Positions 53,910 to 63,426 of a stretch of 64,000 nucleotides of DNA are shown piece by piece (within the stretch, counting starts at the first letter, position 1; every line of letters starts with the position of its first letter). Made by a program: the position numbers and the translations under genes. Source of the DNA: Vicinamibacteria bacterium (lineage in GTDB: Bacteria > Acidobacteriota > Vicinamibacteria > Marinacidobacterales > Marinacidobacteraceae); NCBI GenBank assembly GCA_963422395.1, contig OY729431.1, positions 2,560,001 through 2,624,000 on the forward strand, in the 5' to 3' direction. The notes beneath the pieces are model-generated. The model saw only the letters and a program-made list of their open reading frames with translations, made no database searches and was not told where the DNA came from.

Positions 53910-56141
53910 TCAGTAGTAGCGGTCGCGCTCGCCGCCGGCGCCGAAACCGAAGCTGGTGATCCCGCCGAGAGTGATCCCGAAGTGGAACATGTTCTCCTTC
54001 CGGCCGCCCAGGTCGTAGCGGATCCACTCCACATTCAGCCCGCAGCACTGGAAGAGGAAGTCGGCGCGGAGGCGGAGATTCGAAAGCTGACGTTCGGTGA
54101 TGTCGTAGTTGATGTCGAGGCCGGTGCGGATCACCTCGGTGGGGAAGAAGTCGGTGCCGGCACGCAGATAGCTGCTGGCATCGACCTCTTCGCTCTCCTC
54201 GCCGCCGACTCGGCGCGCCCGCCGGGACCAGTTGAAGTGGAACTGCCGGTTCGCGAAGCGGTCGCCGAACCGGAACCCGGTGCGAATGGAGGTGAAGAGC
54301 CTTTCGTCGGGATCCCATTCCATCGTCCAGTCCCCGTTCACGGATTCGCTGGGGGTGAACCGGAAGTCCGAGCGAATCGGAGACTTCTCCACTTCGGTTT
54401 CTTCGAACGAGGACGAGTTGTAACTGGAGTCGTAAGCCCCCGCCAGGGGGTCGAAATAGAAGCTCTGCTGGATGCGCCAGGTGATCACATCGGTGACGGA
54501 GGACTCTTCGACGCCGTCGCGGTAGCGCTTGGCGAGCAGCCGGTTCACGAATCCGATGCTGATGTCGTTCGCCAGCGTCGAGCTGTCGTAGCGGTCGAAC
54601 CGGTTGACCAGCTCGAACAGGTCGTCGCTCTTGCGGTAGTCCCAAGCCGCTTCCGGCTCGATGAGGTGCTTGAAGCGGGCGGCGTAGGAGTTCTCCGGAG
54701 TCTCGAAGATCCGCTCGAACTTCGGACCCGCCAGCTGCACCGAGGCCCCGTAGTAACGGCGGGCGAGCCGTCGTTCGGGGTCGAAATCGCCGGTCTCGGG
54801 ATCCTTCGAGCCGCCGTAGCGCAGATAGCCGGTGTCGAGCTCGGCCCGCAATTCGAGGAACGGGAGCTCGGGCATCGAAAAGCCCAGGGTGGGGCCGAAG
54901 AAGAGCCGGTTCCATTCCTGGAACTCGCCGCGGCGCGACCTGCCTACCCGCACATAGTTGGCCTCGTACTGAAGTTGCACATACCGGCCCAGCAGGTTCA
55001 GGTTGCGGCGCGAAATCGAGAACTGCGGCAGCGTCTGGCGGCGGCTGGATCTGGTCGTGTACTGCGTTTCCTTGCGGTCGATCCGGAACTTGAGCCGATG
55101 TCGGAACAGCTGGCCGCCGAGATCCAGCCGGGTGCGCTGGTAACGCCGGGTGGAACGCGAGAACGAATCCTGGAAGCGCTGGCTGAAGTCGAAACTCGAG
55201 AACATGTCTCCCTTCGCGCTGAGTCGAAACCTCGCCGGCAGCCGTTGCGCCACATCGAAGCTGATCGAGTATTCGCGGTTTTCGGTGGTCTTGTCGTTGA
55301 TGACGAACCCCTGGAAATTCCCCCGGGAGCCGCTGTCGCCGCGATACCGATGGTCGAGACCGAGGCCGGTCCCGGCTACGGTGAAGTGGTCGAGGCTCAC
55401 CGTCGCGTCCATGGAACGATTGATCGCCCAGAAGAACCCTTGGCTGATCAGATGGCCGCGGGTATCCGAGCGGCTGTAGCGCGGAATCAGGAAACCGGTC
55501 TGCCGGCGATCCTCCTCGATCGGGTAATAGAGCGTCGGAAAGAAGAACAGCGGAGTGTTCATCAACCGGAAGGAGACATTGCGCAGCCAGACATGCTTTT
55601 GCGGCCGGACGATGGCGCGGCTCGCGGTGAAGTTCCAGCGCGGCGTCGGCTGGGCGCAGGTGGTGAAGGCGCCGCGCTCGATGACGAAGGCGCCGTCTTC
55701 GAGTTCTTCGAGGCGCTCCGCCACGAAGTGGAAATCCTGTCCGAGAATGCCGCGCGCGTTCTCGAAGACTGCGGTCGACCGCTCGAGGTCGGCGGTCACC
55801 GATTCGGCGACCACTTTCTCGTTCCGCCTTTCGAACACCACATTCCCCGCGGCGGTGAGGGTGAGCGCATCCTCGTCGATCTCGATCCGGTCCGCCTGGA
55901 GCCGGAGCGTGCCGTAGGCGAGCTGCGCGTAGCCTTCGAGGATCACTCGGGAACCATTCCGCTCCACCCGCTCGGCGCGGGTGAGCATGGTCCCGGCCGG
56001 AGGCGGATCGTGCTGCCAGGCCACCGGCGGGGCCTCGTCCAGGTTCCGGTCGTGCCGCTGTCCGAACTGCGAGCCGCCCGCGGCCTCGACCGGAACCAGG
56101 GCAGCGAGTAGCACGACTCCAGGCGCCCCGATTCCGAGCAT
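53910..56141 (-). CDS. lptD: LPS-assembly outer membrane protein LptD
   Basis: OstA-like N-terminal jellyroll (LQADRI, AAGNV, FTTC...P.W), RQTGFLIP, KHLIEP, C-terminal QCC, beta-barrel character. Confidence 0.88.
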   Translation of the reverse strand: MLGIGAPGVVLLAALVPVEAAGGSQFGQRHDRNLDEAPPVAWQHDPPPAGTMLTRAERVERNGSRVILEGYAQLAYGTLRLQADRIEIDEDALTLTAAGNVVFERRNEKVVAESVTADLERSTAVFENARGILGQDFHFVAERLEELEDGAFVIERGAFTTCAQPTPRWNFTASRAIVRPQKHVWLRNVSFRLMNTPLFFFPTLYYPIEEDRRQTGFLIPRYSRSDTRGHLISQGFFWAINRSMDATVSLDHFTVAGTGLGLDHRYRGDSGSRGNFQGFVINDKTTENREYSISFDVAQRLPARFRLSAKGDMFSSFDFSQRFQDSFSRSTRRYQRTRLDLGGQLFRHRLKFRIDRKETQYTTRSSRRQTLPQFSISRRNLNLLGRYVQLQYEANYVRVGRSRRGEFQEWNRLFFGPTLGFSMPELPFLELRAELDTGYLRYGGSKDPETGDFDPERRLARRYYGASVQLAGPKFERIFETPENSYAARFKHLIEPEAAWDYRKSDDLFELVNRFDRYDSSTLANDISIGFVNRLLAKRYRDGVEESSVTDVITWRIQQSFYFDPLAGAYDSSYNSSSFEETEVEKSPIRSDFRFTPSESVNGDWTMEWDPDERLFTSIRTGFRFGDRFANRQFHFNWSRRARRVGGEESEEVDASSYLRAGTDFFPTEVIRTGLDINYDITERQLSNLRLRADFLFQCCGLNVEWIRYDLGGRKENMFHFGITLGGITSFGFGAGGERDRYY

Positions 56142-56254
56142 TCAGAGGAAACCGCGGCGGAAGAGCGCGGGCCGCGTCGCCTGCAGTCGGGCCGGCAACC
56201 GGGGTGGATGCATCCCGGAAGCCCCCTCCGGGGCCTTTCGCCCCCCGAATTCCC

Positions 56255-56863
56255 TTACCGGGCCGGCTCGTAGTACGGGTTCGTTCCGGCCGCGTGGTCG
56301 GTGGTGTCCAGGATGGCGCCGATCTCGGGGACGGCACGGCGGAGGATCGTCTCCACGCCCTGCCGCAGGGTCGCGGTGGCCATCCCGCAGCCCTGGCAAC
56401 CGCCCCCCATCCGCAGGAACACCTGATTCCGCTCGACCCCCACGAGGTCGATGACGCCGCCGTGGGCAGCCACTGCCGGGTTGACCTCTTCCCGGAGAAC
56501 CGCTTCCACCCGCTCCCGGATCGCGTCCGGCGCCGGGAGATCGTCGAGAACCCGGGGATCCACCGCGGGCTCCGTTCCTCCGAGGACGCCCCGGATCCGT
56601 CGGCCCACCTCCTGACCGATCGGCATCCAGCTCCCCTGGGTCTCGGCGCTCACCGTGACCAGGTTCTCCTGGATCAGCACTCCGGAGACTCCGGGAACCC
56701 CGAGGATCGCCTGCGCCAAGGCGGAATCGCGCGCCCGGTCCAGCGAATCGAAGTACACCGAGCCGCCCGGAAAGACCGGTCGATCCAGCACGAAGCGACA
56801 GGTCGAGGAATCGCGCGGCTCGGCGCGAATACGGATGTCGGAACCGGGAGGAGACTTCGACAT
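56255..56863 (-). CDS. NifU/NfuA-type Fe-S scaffold (Nfu_N plus NifU-C)
   Basis: EVNPAVAAHGG, MGGGCQGC, LDTTDHAAGTNPYY. Confidence 0.92.
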   Translation of the reverse strand: MSKSPPGSDIRIRAEPRDSSTCRFVLDRPVFPGGSVYFDSLDRARDSALAQAILGVPGVSGVLIQENLVTVSAETQGSWMPIGQEVGRRIRGVLGGTEPAVDPRVLDDLPAPDAIRERVEAVLREEVNPAVAAHGGVIDLVGVERNQVFLRMGGGCQGCGMATATLRQGVETILRRAVPEIGAILDTTDHAAGTNPYYEPAR

Positions 56864-56957
56864 CGCGGAGAAAAGTCTAGCCGGATGCGGGAGCCCCGCG
56901 CAGCGTTCTTCCGGTAGAAGCGCTCCCGGCAGCGGCGCTCTCTATACTGGCCGCGCT

Positions 56958-58664
56958 TTGAGCCGTCGGCCGAGGACCCGCTTCGCCGCGAAGGCCGTCT
57001 GCTGCTGGGCCGCAGCAGCCGCCGCCGGGGCGGCGCAGGGATTCACCGATGTGACCCGGGAAGCGGGGATCCGTTTCGTCCACGACGCCGGAGACCGAGG
57101 GAACCTCTCGCTCCCCGAAATCACCGGCGCCGGCGCCGGGTTCTTCGACGCCGACGGAGACGGCGATCTCGACATCTACCTGCTCCAGGGCGGGCGACCC
57201 GCCGACCCGCCGGGGAGGAGCCCGGAGGCTCCCGGCAACACCCTCTACCTCCAGGGGCCAGAGGGGAGGTTTTCCGACGCCAGCGAGGCTTCGGGAGTCG
57301 CGGACACCGGGTACGGGATGGGGCTCGCCGCCGGAGACTTCGACGGCGACGGTTCGACCGACCTCTTCGTCAGCAACTACGGCCCCGATGTGCTGTACCG
57401 CAGCCTCGGAGATGGCCGTTTCGAGGAGGTCACCGCCGCCGCCGGGGTCGCCGGCGAAGGGTGGTCGTCGTCCGCGGCGTTTTGCGATTACGACAGTGAC
57501 GGCAGGCTCGATCTGTATGTCGCCCGCTATGTTCGGAACGACCCGGAGAAGCACTGTACCCAGCAGGACGGCAGCCGCGACTACTGCAGCCCGCAGGTCT
57601 TCCCCGGAACCCACGACTACCTCTACCGGAACCTCGGAGACGGTGCTTTCGCGGAGGTCTCCCTCGCCGCCGGGCTGCGGTCGGTGCACGCCCCCGGTCT
57701 GGGAGTGGTCTGCCACGACTTCGACGGCGACGGACGGCTCGACTTCTATGTGGCGAACGATGGCGAGGCGAATCAGCTCTGGCTGAACCGGGGAGACGGC
57801 GTCTTCGCCGACGATGCGTTTCTCTCGGGCGTGGCGCTGAACGATGCCGGCCGCCCCGAGGCGGGCATGGGGATCGCCCTCGGCGATGTGGACTCCGATC
57901 TCGACCTCGATCTCTTCCTCACCCATGTCGCCGACGAGACGAACACGCTCTACCGGAGCGACGGCGCCGCGCCCGGACTCGCTTTCACCGACCGCACCGG
58001 TCCCTCCGGTCTCGGCCCCGCGAGCATGGCGAAGACCGGCTTCGGGGTCGGATTCCTGGATTTCGACCTCGACGGCGCCCTCGACCTGGTGGTGGCGAAC
58101 GGCCGGGTGCAGCGGAAGCCCGCCCTTCCCGGCGCCTCCGGGGATTCCTTCTGGAGGGTGTTCGCGGAGCCGAACCAACTGTTTCGGAACAGCGGGCCGA
58201 CCACCGGGCTGCCCGGAGAAGAGGCTTCCTTCACCGAGATCCGGGAGAGCGGCGACTTCGGCGCAGCGGTCGAGGTGAGTCGGGGGCTCGCCCTCGCCGA
58301 CTACGACGAGGACGGGGACCTCGATCTGCTGCTCGCGAACGCCGAAGGCCCGGCGCGCCTCTACCGGAACGACTTCGAGCGGCGCGGCTCGCCGCTCCGG
58401 GTCAGCACCCGCGACGCCGCGGGGCGGCTCTCCTTCCCCACCGTGGTCACCGCCACGCTTTCCGGAGGGCGCCGGCTTCGTCGGCACGCCGATCCCGGAG
58501 GCAGCTATCTCGCCGCCGGCGACCCGCGGGCGTTCTTCGGCATTCCGGCGGGCGAGACGGTGCGTGCGCTGACCGCGGTTTGGCCGGACGGGACCTGCGA
58601 AGCCTTCCCCGGCGCGGCGGTTGGCGCGGCCACGCTCCGCCGGGGCCGGGGCGAGGCCTGCTGA
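56958..58664 (+). CDS. CRTAC1-like FG-GAP/VCBS repeat protein with C-terminal ASPIC/UnbV domain
   Basis: FTDVT, repeated DxDGDGxxDL motifs, AGMG, SRGLALADYDEDGDLD, GGSYL...FG...WPDG. Start TTG 56958 tentative. Confidence 0.9.
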   Translation: MSRRPRTRFAAKAVCCWAAAAAAGAAQGFTDVTREAGIRFVHDAGDRGNLSLPEITGAGAGFFDADGDGDLDIYLLQGGRPADPPGRSPEAPGNTLYLQGPEGRFSDASEASGVADTGYGMGLAAGDFDGDGSTDLFVSNYGPDVLYRSLGDGRFEEVTAAAGVAGEGWSSSAAFCDYDSDGRLDLYVARYVRNDPEKHCTQQDGSRDYCSPQVFPGTHDYLYRNLGDGAFAEVSLAAGLRSVHAPGLGVVCHDFDGDGRLDFYVANDGEANQLWLNRGDGVFADDAFLSGVALNDAGRPEAGMGIALGDVDSDLDLDLFLTHVADETNTLYRSDGAAPGLAFTDRTGPSGLGPASMAKTGFGVGFLDFDLDGALDLVVANGRVQRKPALPGASGDSFWRVFAEPNQLFRNSGPTTGLPGEEASFTEIRESGDFGAAVEVSRGLALADYDEDGDLDLLLANAEGPARLYRNDFERRGSPLRVSTRDAAGRLSFPTVVTATLSGGRRLRRHADPGGSYLAAGDPRAFFGIPAGETVRALTAVWPDGTCEAFPGAAVGAATLRRGRGEAC

Positions 58665-58666
58665 CG

Positions 58667-60205
58667 GTGCCACACCCGCCGAAGAGCCGGAGACGCCGGT
58701 CCGGGAGGAGCCGATCCCCCGGCACCGCCAGCCCCCCCGGCGCCGCGACCCCCGCTGCGAAGGCTGCTGGCCGGCGGCGCGGCCGCTGGCTCGCGGCATC
58801 GCTTGCAGGCGCGGGCACCGCCGCCGCCCTGATCCTCTGGCGGCTGGGCGGAGGAGTGGAGGCCCCCGACCCTCCGAACCCCGATCTCACCGAGGCGGAA
58901 CCCGCAGTGGCGGAGGCGATCCGGCGCGCCCGCAACGGAGTCCTCGAGGACCGGGGCTCGCCGGACCGCTGGGCCGGGCTGGGCGCCGCACTCCTGGTCC
59001 ACGAGCTCCACCCCGAGGCGGCGGCGGCGTACCGCGCCGCGAACCTGCTGGCCGGCGGGGACTACCGCTGGTCCTACCTGCTGGCGCGATCCCGCTGGCG
59101 GGTGGATCCGGCGGCGGCAGAAGAAGCAGCGCTGGCAGCGGTCCGGGAGAACCCGGACTATGCCCCCGCCCAGCTGTTGGCCGGTCAGCTGGCGGAGGAA
59201 CGGGGCGATCTCGAGACCGCAGCCGGGCGCTACCGCTCCCTCCTCGACCAGCTCGGAGAGCACCGCGCCGCGCCGGCGAACGAAGCCGCGGCTCGTTTCC
59301 GCCTCGGCCGGCTGCTCGCGGGAGCCGGCGACCTGGAAGCAGCTCTGCCGCTCCTGGAGCGGGCGGAGACGCTGGCTCCGGAATCGGGAGCAGTCGCCGC
59401 CGCCCTCGCACGGCTCTACCGCCGGACCGGGAGCGAAGCGAAGGCGCGCGCCGCCGCGAACCGCGCCCGCGGTCTCGATCAGGAACTCGCGATCAGCGAT
59501 CCGCTCATGGAGACAGTGCATCGGGCGTCGGCGTCGGTGGTCGGGAAGGAGCGCCGGGCCTTCGCCGCCGAGGCAGCGGGCCGCCCCGAAGTCGCCGAGC
59601 GCCTGCTGCGGGAGATGATCCAGACCCGGCCGGAGGCGGCGGACCTCTATTACAACCTCGGCAACAACCTTTCGCGGCAAGGGCGAAACCCCGAAGCGCT
59701 CGAAGCCTGGCGGGCGGCGCTTTCCCGTAATCCCGACCATGTGGCGGCACTCGTCAACTCCGCCATCGTGCTCGCGCAGACGGGCGATCTCGAAGAGGCC
59801 GAGCGGCGCTGCCGGCGGGTGCTGGAACTCCGGCCCGACCATCCGGGAGCGCTCTCGAGCCTCGGCAGCATCGCTGCGCTCGGCGGCCGCAGAGTCGAAG
59901 CGGTCGGTTGGTTTCGCCAAGCGCTGGAACAGGAGCCGGAGCGGGCGGGAACCCACGACTCGATCGCCCAGGTGCTCGCGGCGGATCGGCGGTTCGACCA
60001 AGCGGTCCGGCACTTTCGCATCGCGGTGACGAAGGAGCCGTTCCGGGGGGACTACCGGCTGGGCCTCGCGGCGTCACTCGCCGCTCTCGGCGATTTTGCG
60101 GGTGCCTGGACCGTCACCCACGCCGGCCGGCGGCTCGGCGTCGAGCTTCCCGAGGACTTCCTCGGCAGGCTCCGGCAGGCGATGCCCGATCCCGGTCCCC
60201 GATAG
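58667..60205 (+). CDS. Membrane-anchored tetratricopeptide repeat protein
   Basis: N-terminal TM segment then multiple TPRs (YYNLGNNL, AL..NPDH..AL, L.PDHPGAL..LG). Confidence 0.85.
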   Translation: MPHPPKSRRRRSGRSRSPGTASPPGAATPAAKAAGRRRGRWLAASLAGAGTAAALILWRLGGGVEAPDPPNPDLTEAEPAVAEAIRRARNGVLEDRGSPDRWAGLGAALLVHELHPEAAAAYRAANLLAGGDYRWSYLLARSRWRVDPAAAEEAALAAVRENPDYAPAQLLAGQLAEERGDLETAAGRYRSLLDQLGEHRAAPANEAAARFRLGRLLAGAGDLEAALPLLERAETLAPESGAVAAALARLYRRTGSEAKARAAANRARGLDQELAISDPLMETVHRASASVVGKERRAFAAEAAGRPEVAERLLREMIQTRPEAADLYYNLGNNLSRQGRNPEALEAWRAALSRNPDHVAALVNSAIVLAQTGDLEEAERRCRRVLELRPDHPGALSSLGSIAALGGRRVEAVGWFRQALEQEPERAGTHDSIAQVLAADRRFDQAVRHFRIAVTKEPFRGDYRLGLAASLAALGDFAGAWTVTHAGRRLGVELPEDFLGRLRQAMPDPGPR

Positions 60206-60394
60206 GGGAAACCGATCCCGCAGCGGAGCCCTGAATTGCGGCGCGAAGCAGCGGGCGCCGGGGACCGCCTCCGAACCGCGGGCATCGGATCGGGTCCAAT
60301 ATTTGGAATTGCTGAAGGGCAAGGGCGGTTCCAGATCGGTGCTTCGAGGCTTCAAGCCCTTGACTATATTAACATATATGGGGATTGTTCCACC

Positions 60395-60410
60395 TGGCAT
60401 ATCCGTTGCG
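60395..60410 (+). promoter_or_regulatory. Sigma-54 (-24/-12) promoter of the TonB-dependent receptor gene
   Basis: TGGCAT-ATCCG-TTGCG matches TGGCAC-N5-TTGCW with exact spacing, ~47 nt before an AGGAGG-preceded ATG, with an AT-rich tract just upstream. Confidence 0.75.
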
Positions 60411-60456
60411 AATATAGTAGGACTCGTTTCTATTTTTCCCCTGACAAGGAGGGACC

Positions 60457-63348
60457 ATGAGAAAAACACTTCTCGCTTTCCTGTTCTTGGCGGTCGCCGT
60501 ACCGGCGCTCGCCCAGCAGCAGTACGGCCGCCTCGAAGGCGCCGCGCGCGACGCCCAGGGGCTCGCCCTGCCGGGGGTTTCCGTCACCCTCTCGGGTGAG
60601 GCCATCATCGGCAGCCGCAACGCCACCACCGATGTGGACGGCTCGTACCGGTTCCAGGCGCTGCCTCCGGGCGACTACCTGCTCCAGTTCCAGCTGGGCG
60701 GTTTCCAGACCGTCCTGTTCGAGGACATCCGGGTGGTCACCGGCGCCACCTTCTCGGTGGACGCTGACATGCAGATCGCGACCGTCGCCGAAACGGTCAC
60801 CGTCACCGGCGAATCGCCGGTGGTGGATGTGAAGTCCACTGGCGTAGCCGCCACCTTCGACAAGACGCAACTCGACGAAGTGCCGACCGCGACTGACATG
60901 TGGGCAGTGCTCCATCAGAGCCCGGGCATTCGGGTGCAGGGTTACGATGTGGGCGGTTCGCACAAGAGCCAGCAGTCCATGTACGAGACCTTCGGCGTGC
61001 GCAGCCAGAACCGGGTCCTCTACGAGGGCGTGAACACCACCGAGGGCACCGGCAGCGCCGGCGGCTACTACGACTACTACGCGATGGAGGAGTTCCAGGT
61101 CTCCGCCCAAGGCGCCGATGTGGAGATGTCCACACCGGGTGCGCAGATCCAGACCACCGTGAAGAGCGGCGGCAACGAATTCTCCGGACTCCAGAGCGGC
61201 GCCTGGAATCCGGAGGATCTCATCGCCGACAACTTCGACAGTGCTCTGGAAGCGCGTGACGCATCCGCAGCCCCGGTGCTCAAATTCTATGAATTCCATC
61301 TGGACCTCGGCGGCCCGATCGTCCGCGACAAGGCCTGGTTCTACGCTGCCTACAACAACTTCTACATCGACACGGCGGTCTCCGGCCAGCCGATCGAAAC
61401 CGGTACCGACATCGGCGACTTCGATATTTTCACCGCGAAAGTGAACTATCAGATCACCGAGCGCGACCAGTTCATCGGCTTTTCCACCTGGTCGTGGAAG
61501 AGAAAGCCGAACCGTTCCATCTCCAGCACCATCCCGACGGAATCGGTGCTGGCGCAGGACTACTGGATCTGGCTGCACAAGGCCGAATGGCAACGGGTGT
61601 GGAGCGACCGGCTCTACAGCAACATCATGATCGGTCACATGGGAACGATCTGGCCGATGGTGCCGAAGGGCGACCCGGTCAGCGGCAACGAGCCGCGCAT
61701 CGAGGCGACCACCGGTATCCGTTCTGGCGCAGGCTGGCAACCGTTCACGCGCACGCGTTGGAAGCCGCAGAGTACCGCGCAGTTCAACTACTATGTTCCG
61801 ATCGGTAGTGGTAGCCACGATTTCAAGTTCGGATGGGACTGGCAGATCGATAGCGAATTGCGCGGCAACAACACGAATTCGGGCGGCGTCCGGTATCTCG
61901 ACGATGCTTCAGAGGGCAGGCCCAACAATGTGGACAGAGTCTTTCTCGTCGGAGTTCCAAATCTCACGGATAATCGGAACATGCACGCCGACTTTTTCGT
62001 ACAGGACGTATGGACCGTCAATGACCGCCTGACGCTCATGGCCGGGGTCCGGGTCGGCAGCCAGAGGCTCCACTATCTGGATTCCGATAGCTCCCCGGGT
62101 AGCGCCTGTGCGGACGTGCTGCGCTGTCAGTTCGAGCTTCCCTCGCAGCAAGGGCAAATCCTGATCGACCAGTTCGGTGCCGGAGGCACGATTCCCGGAG
62201 GCACGGTTCAGGATCATTGGAACTTCGCACCACGCATCGGCTTCACCTACGACATCACCGGTGAGGGTTCCTCGGTTTTCAAGGCTTACGCGGGACGCTA
62301 TTTCTCGAATGTCGGAACTGGCCTCCTTTCGGCGAATCCTGGCGGGCAGGCGTCCGGCACTTGGCGATTCACCGACCAGAACCAGAACGGAATTCTCGAT
62401 GATTCCTCCGAGCTGGGCGAGCGACTCGGTTTCGCCGCCGGCGCCGGTTCCGGCACTCCGATCGATTCCGACTGGACACTGGCTTATGCCGATGAGGTCA
62501 GCGCCTCGGTGGAGCACGAATTGACGACTGATCTCGGGGCGCGGGTTTCCTATGTGTACAAACGGATGCGGAACACTTGGAGCAACGTGGATCTCATCGA
62601 CCTCAACAATCGCAACACGCCACTGACGGTAACGGAGTGCGTCGATTGTCCGGCCGGCTACAACCGGTCCTTCAATTTGATGGTCGTGCCCGAAGACTTG
62701 GTGACCAAGACGGACAATCTGACGATGAATCACCCGGACGGCGAGAGCGACATGGATTTCCATACCCTATCGCTAGCTCTGAACAAGCGGTTCCGCAACA
62801 ATCTTTTCTACAACATCTACTTCGACTATCAATGGCGCTCCGAGCCGCGGAGCCCCGGTACATCCTCGACATCGTGGGCGGCCAGCAATCCGCTGTCGGC
62901 CGATCCCACTGCCCAAGGGTGGTTCATCAATTACGATCAGGACATCCCGACCGTCCAGAACACCAGCACCTTCCAAATGAAGACTTCGGCGCGTTATGTT
63001 CTGCCGTATGACATCGGTCTGGCGGGCACCTATCGCTTCATAAGCGGTTTCAACTATGCGCCCACCCATCGGCTCAACCTCTATGACGGCAAGCTGAAAC
63101 CTTACACGTGGCTCGGATTCATGAACGAAAACCGATCCGACAATGTGACCGTTGTGGATTTCCGGCTGGACAAGGCGTTCGCGCTCGGAGAGCGCATGAA
63201 CGCGCAGTTCATCTTCGATCTGTTCAACGCCCTGAACGCCAACACGATCACGAATTTCCAAATTCTCGATTCGGTGACGCCGTATCAGAGGGTGGTGGAC
63301 TATCTAAAAGGCCGAACCATCGGACTTTCGGCTCGACTTACCTTCTGA
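60457..63348 (+). CDS. Oar-like TonB-dependent outer membrane receptor with carboxypeptidase-regulatory-like N-terminal domain
   Basis: Signal peptide, LPGVSVTL...TDVDGSYRF..LPPGDY, ETVTVTGESPVVD, TVKSGGNEFSG, NFAPRIGFTYD, terminal ARLTF. Confidence 0.93.
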   Translation: MRKTLLAFLFLAVAVPALAQQQYGRLEGAARDAQGLALPGVSVTLSGEAIIGSRNATTDVDGSYRFQALPPGDYLLQFQLGGFQTVLFEDIRVVTGATFSVDADMQIATVAETVTVTGESPVVDVKSTGVAATFDKTQLDEVPTATDMWAVLHQSPGIRVQGYDVGGSHKSQQSMYETFGVRSQNRVLYEGVNTTEGTGSAGGYYDYYAMEEFQVSAQGADVEMSTPGAQIQTTVKSGGNEFSGLQSGAWNPEDLIADNFDSALEARDASAAPVLKFYEFHLDLGGPIVRDKAWFYAAYNNFYIDTAVSGQPIETGTDIGDFDIFTAKVNYQITERDQFIGFSTWSWKRKPNRSISSTIPTESVLAQDYWIWLHKAEWQRVWSDRLYSNIMIGHMGTIWPMVPKGDPVSGNEPRIEATTGIRSGAGWQPFTRTRWKPQSTAQFNYYVPIGSGSHDFKFGWDWQIDSELRGNNTNSGGVRYLDDASEGRPNNVDRVFLVGVPNLTDNRNMHADFFVQDVWTVNDRLTLMAGVRVGSQRLHYLDSDSSPGSACADVLRCQFELPSQQGQILIDQFGAGGTIPGGTVQDHWNFAPRIGFTYDITGEGSSVFKAYAGRYFSNVGTGLLSANPGGQASGTWRFTDQNQNGILDDSSELGERLGFAAGAGSGTPIDSDWTLAYADEVSASVEHELTTDLGARVSYVYKRMRNTWSNVDLIDLNNRNTPLTVTECVDCPAGYNRSFNLMVVPEDLVTKTDNLTMNHPDGESDMDFHTLSLALNKRFRNNLFYNIYFDYQWRSEPRSPGTSSTSWAASNPLSADPTAQGWFINYDQDIPTVQNTSTFQMKTSARYVLPYDIGLAGTYRFISGFNYAPTHRLNLYDGKLKPYTWLGFMNENRSDNVTVVDFRLDKAFALGERMNAQFIFDLFNALNANTITNFQILDSVTPYQRVVDYLKGRTIGLSARLTF

Positions 63349-63378
63349 TCTGCTGAAAGGCTTCCGAACGGGAGCATG

Positions 63379-63416
63379 AGGCCCGCTGGCTCCATCTGGG
63401 GCCGGCGGGCCTTTTC
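63379..63416 (+). terminator. Rho-independent terminator
   Basis: AGGCCCGCTGGCTCC / GGGGCCGGCGGGCCT stem followed by T run, 30 nt after the receptor stop. Confidence 0.8.
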
Positions 63417-63426
63417 CGTTGTCGGA

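Noticed and set aside
51138-56111. 1657-aa plus-strand ORF and similar long ORFs (671-2902, 10905-13259, 15758-18133, 18847-21444, 32240-35122, 42163-45192)
   Set aside because: They lie antisense to clearly recognisable genes and have no motifs; shadow ORFs expected at this GC content.
57100-58350. Recurring GACggcGAC-like repeats
   Set aside because: They encode FG-GAP DxDGDG calcium-binding motifs, not a DNA repeat array. No CRISPR array was seen anywhere in the window.
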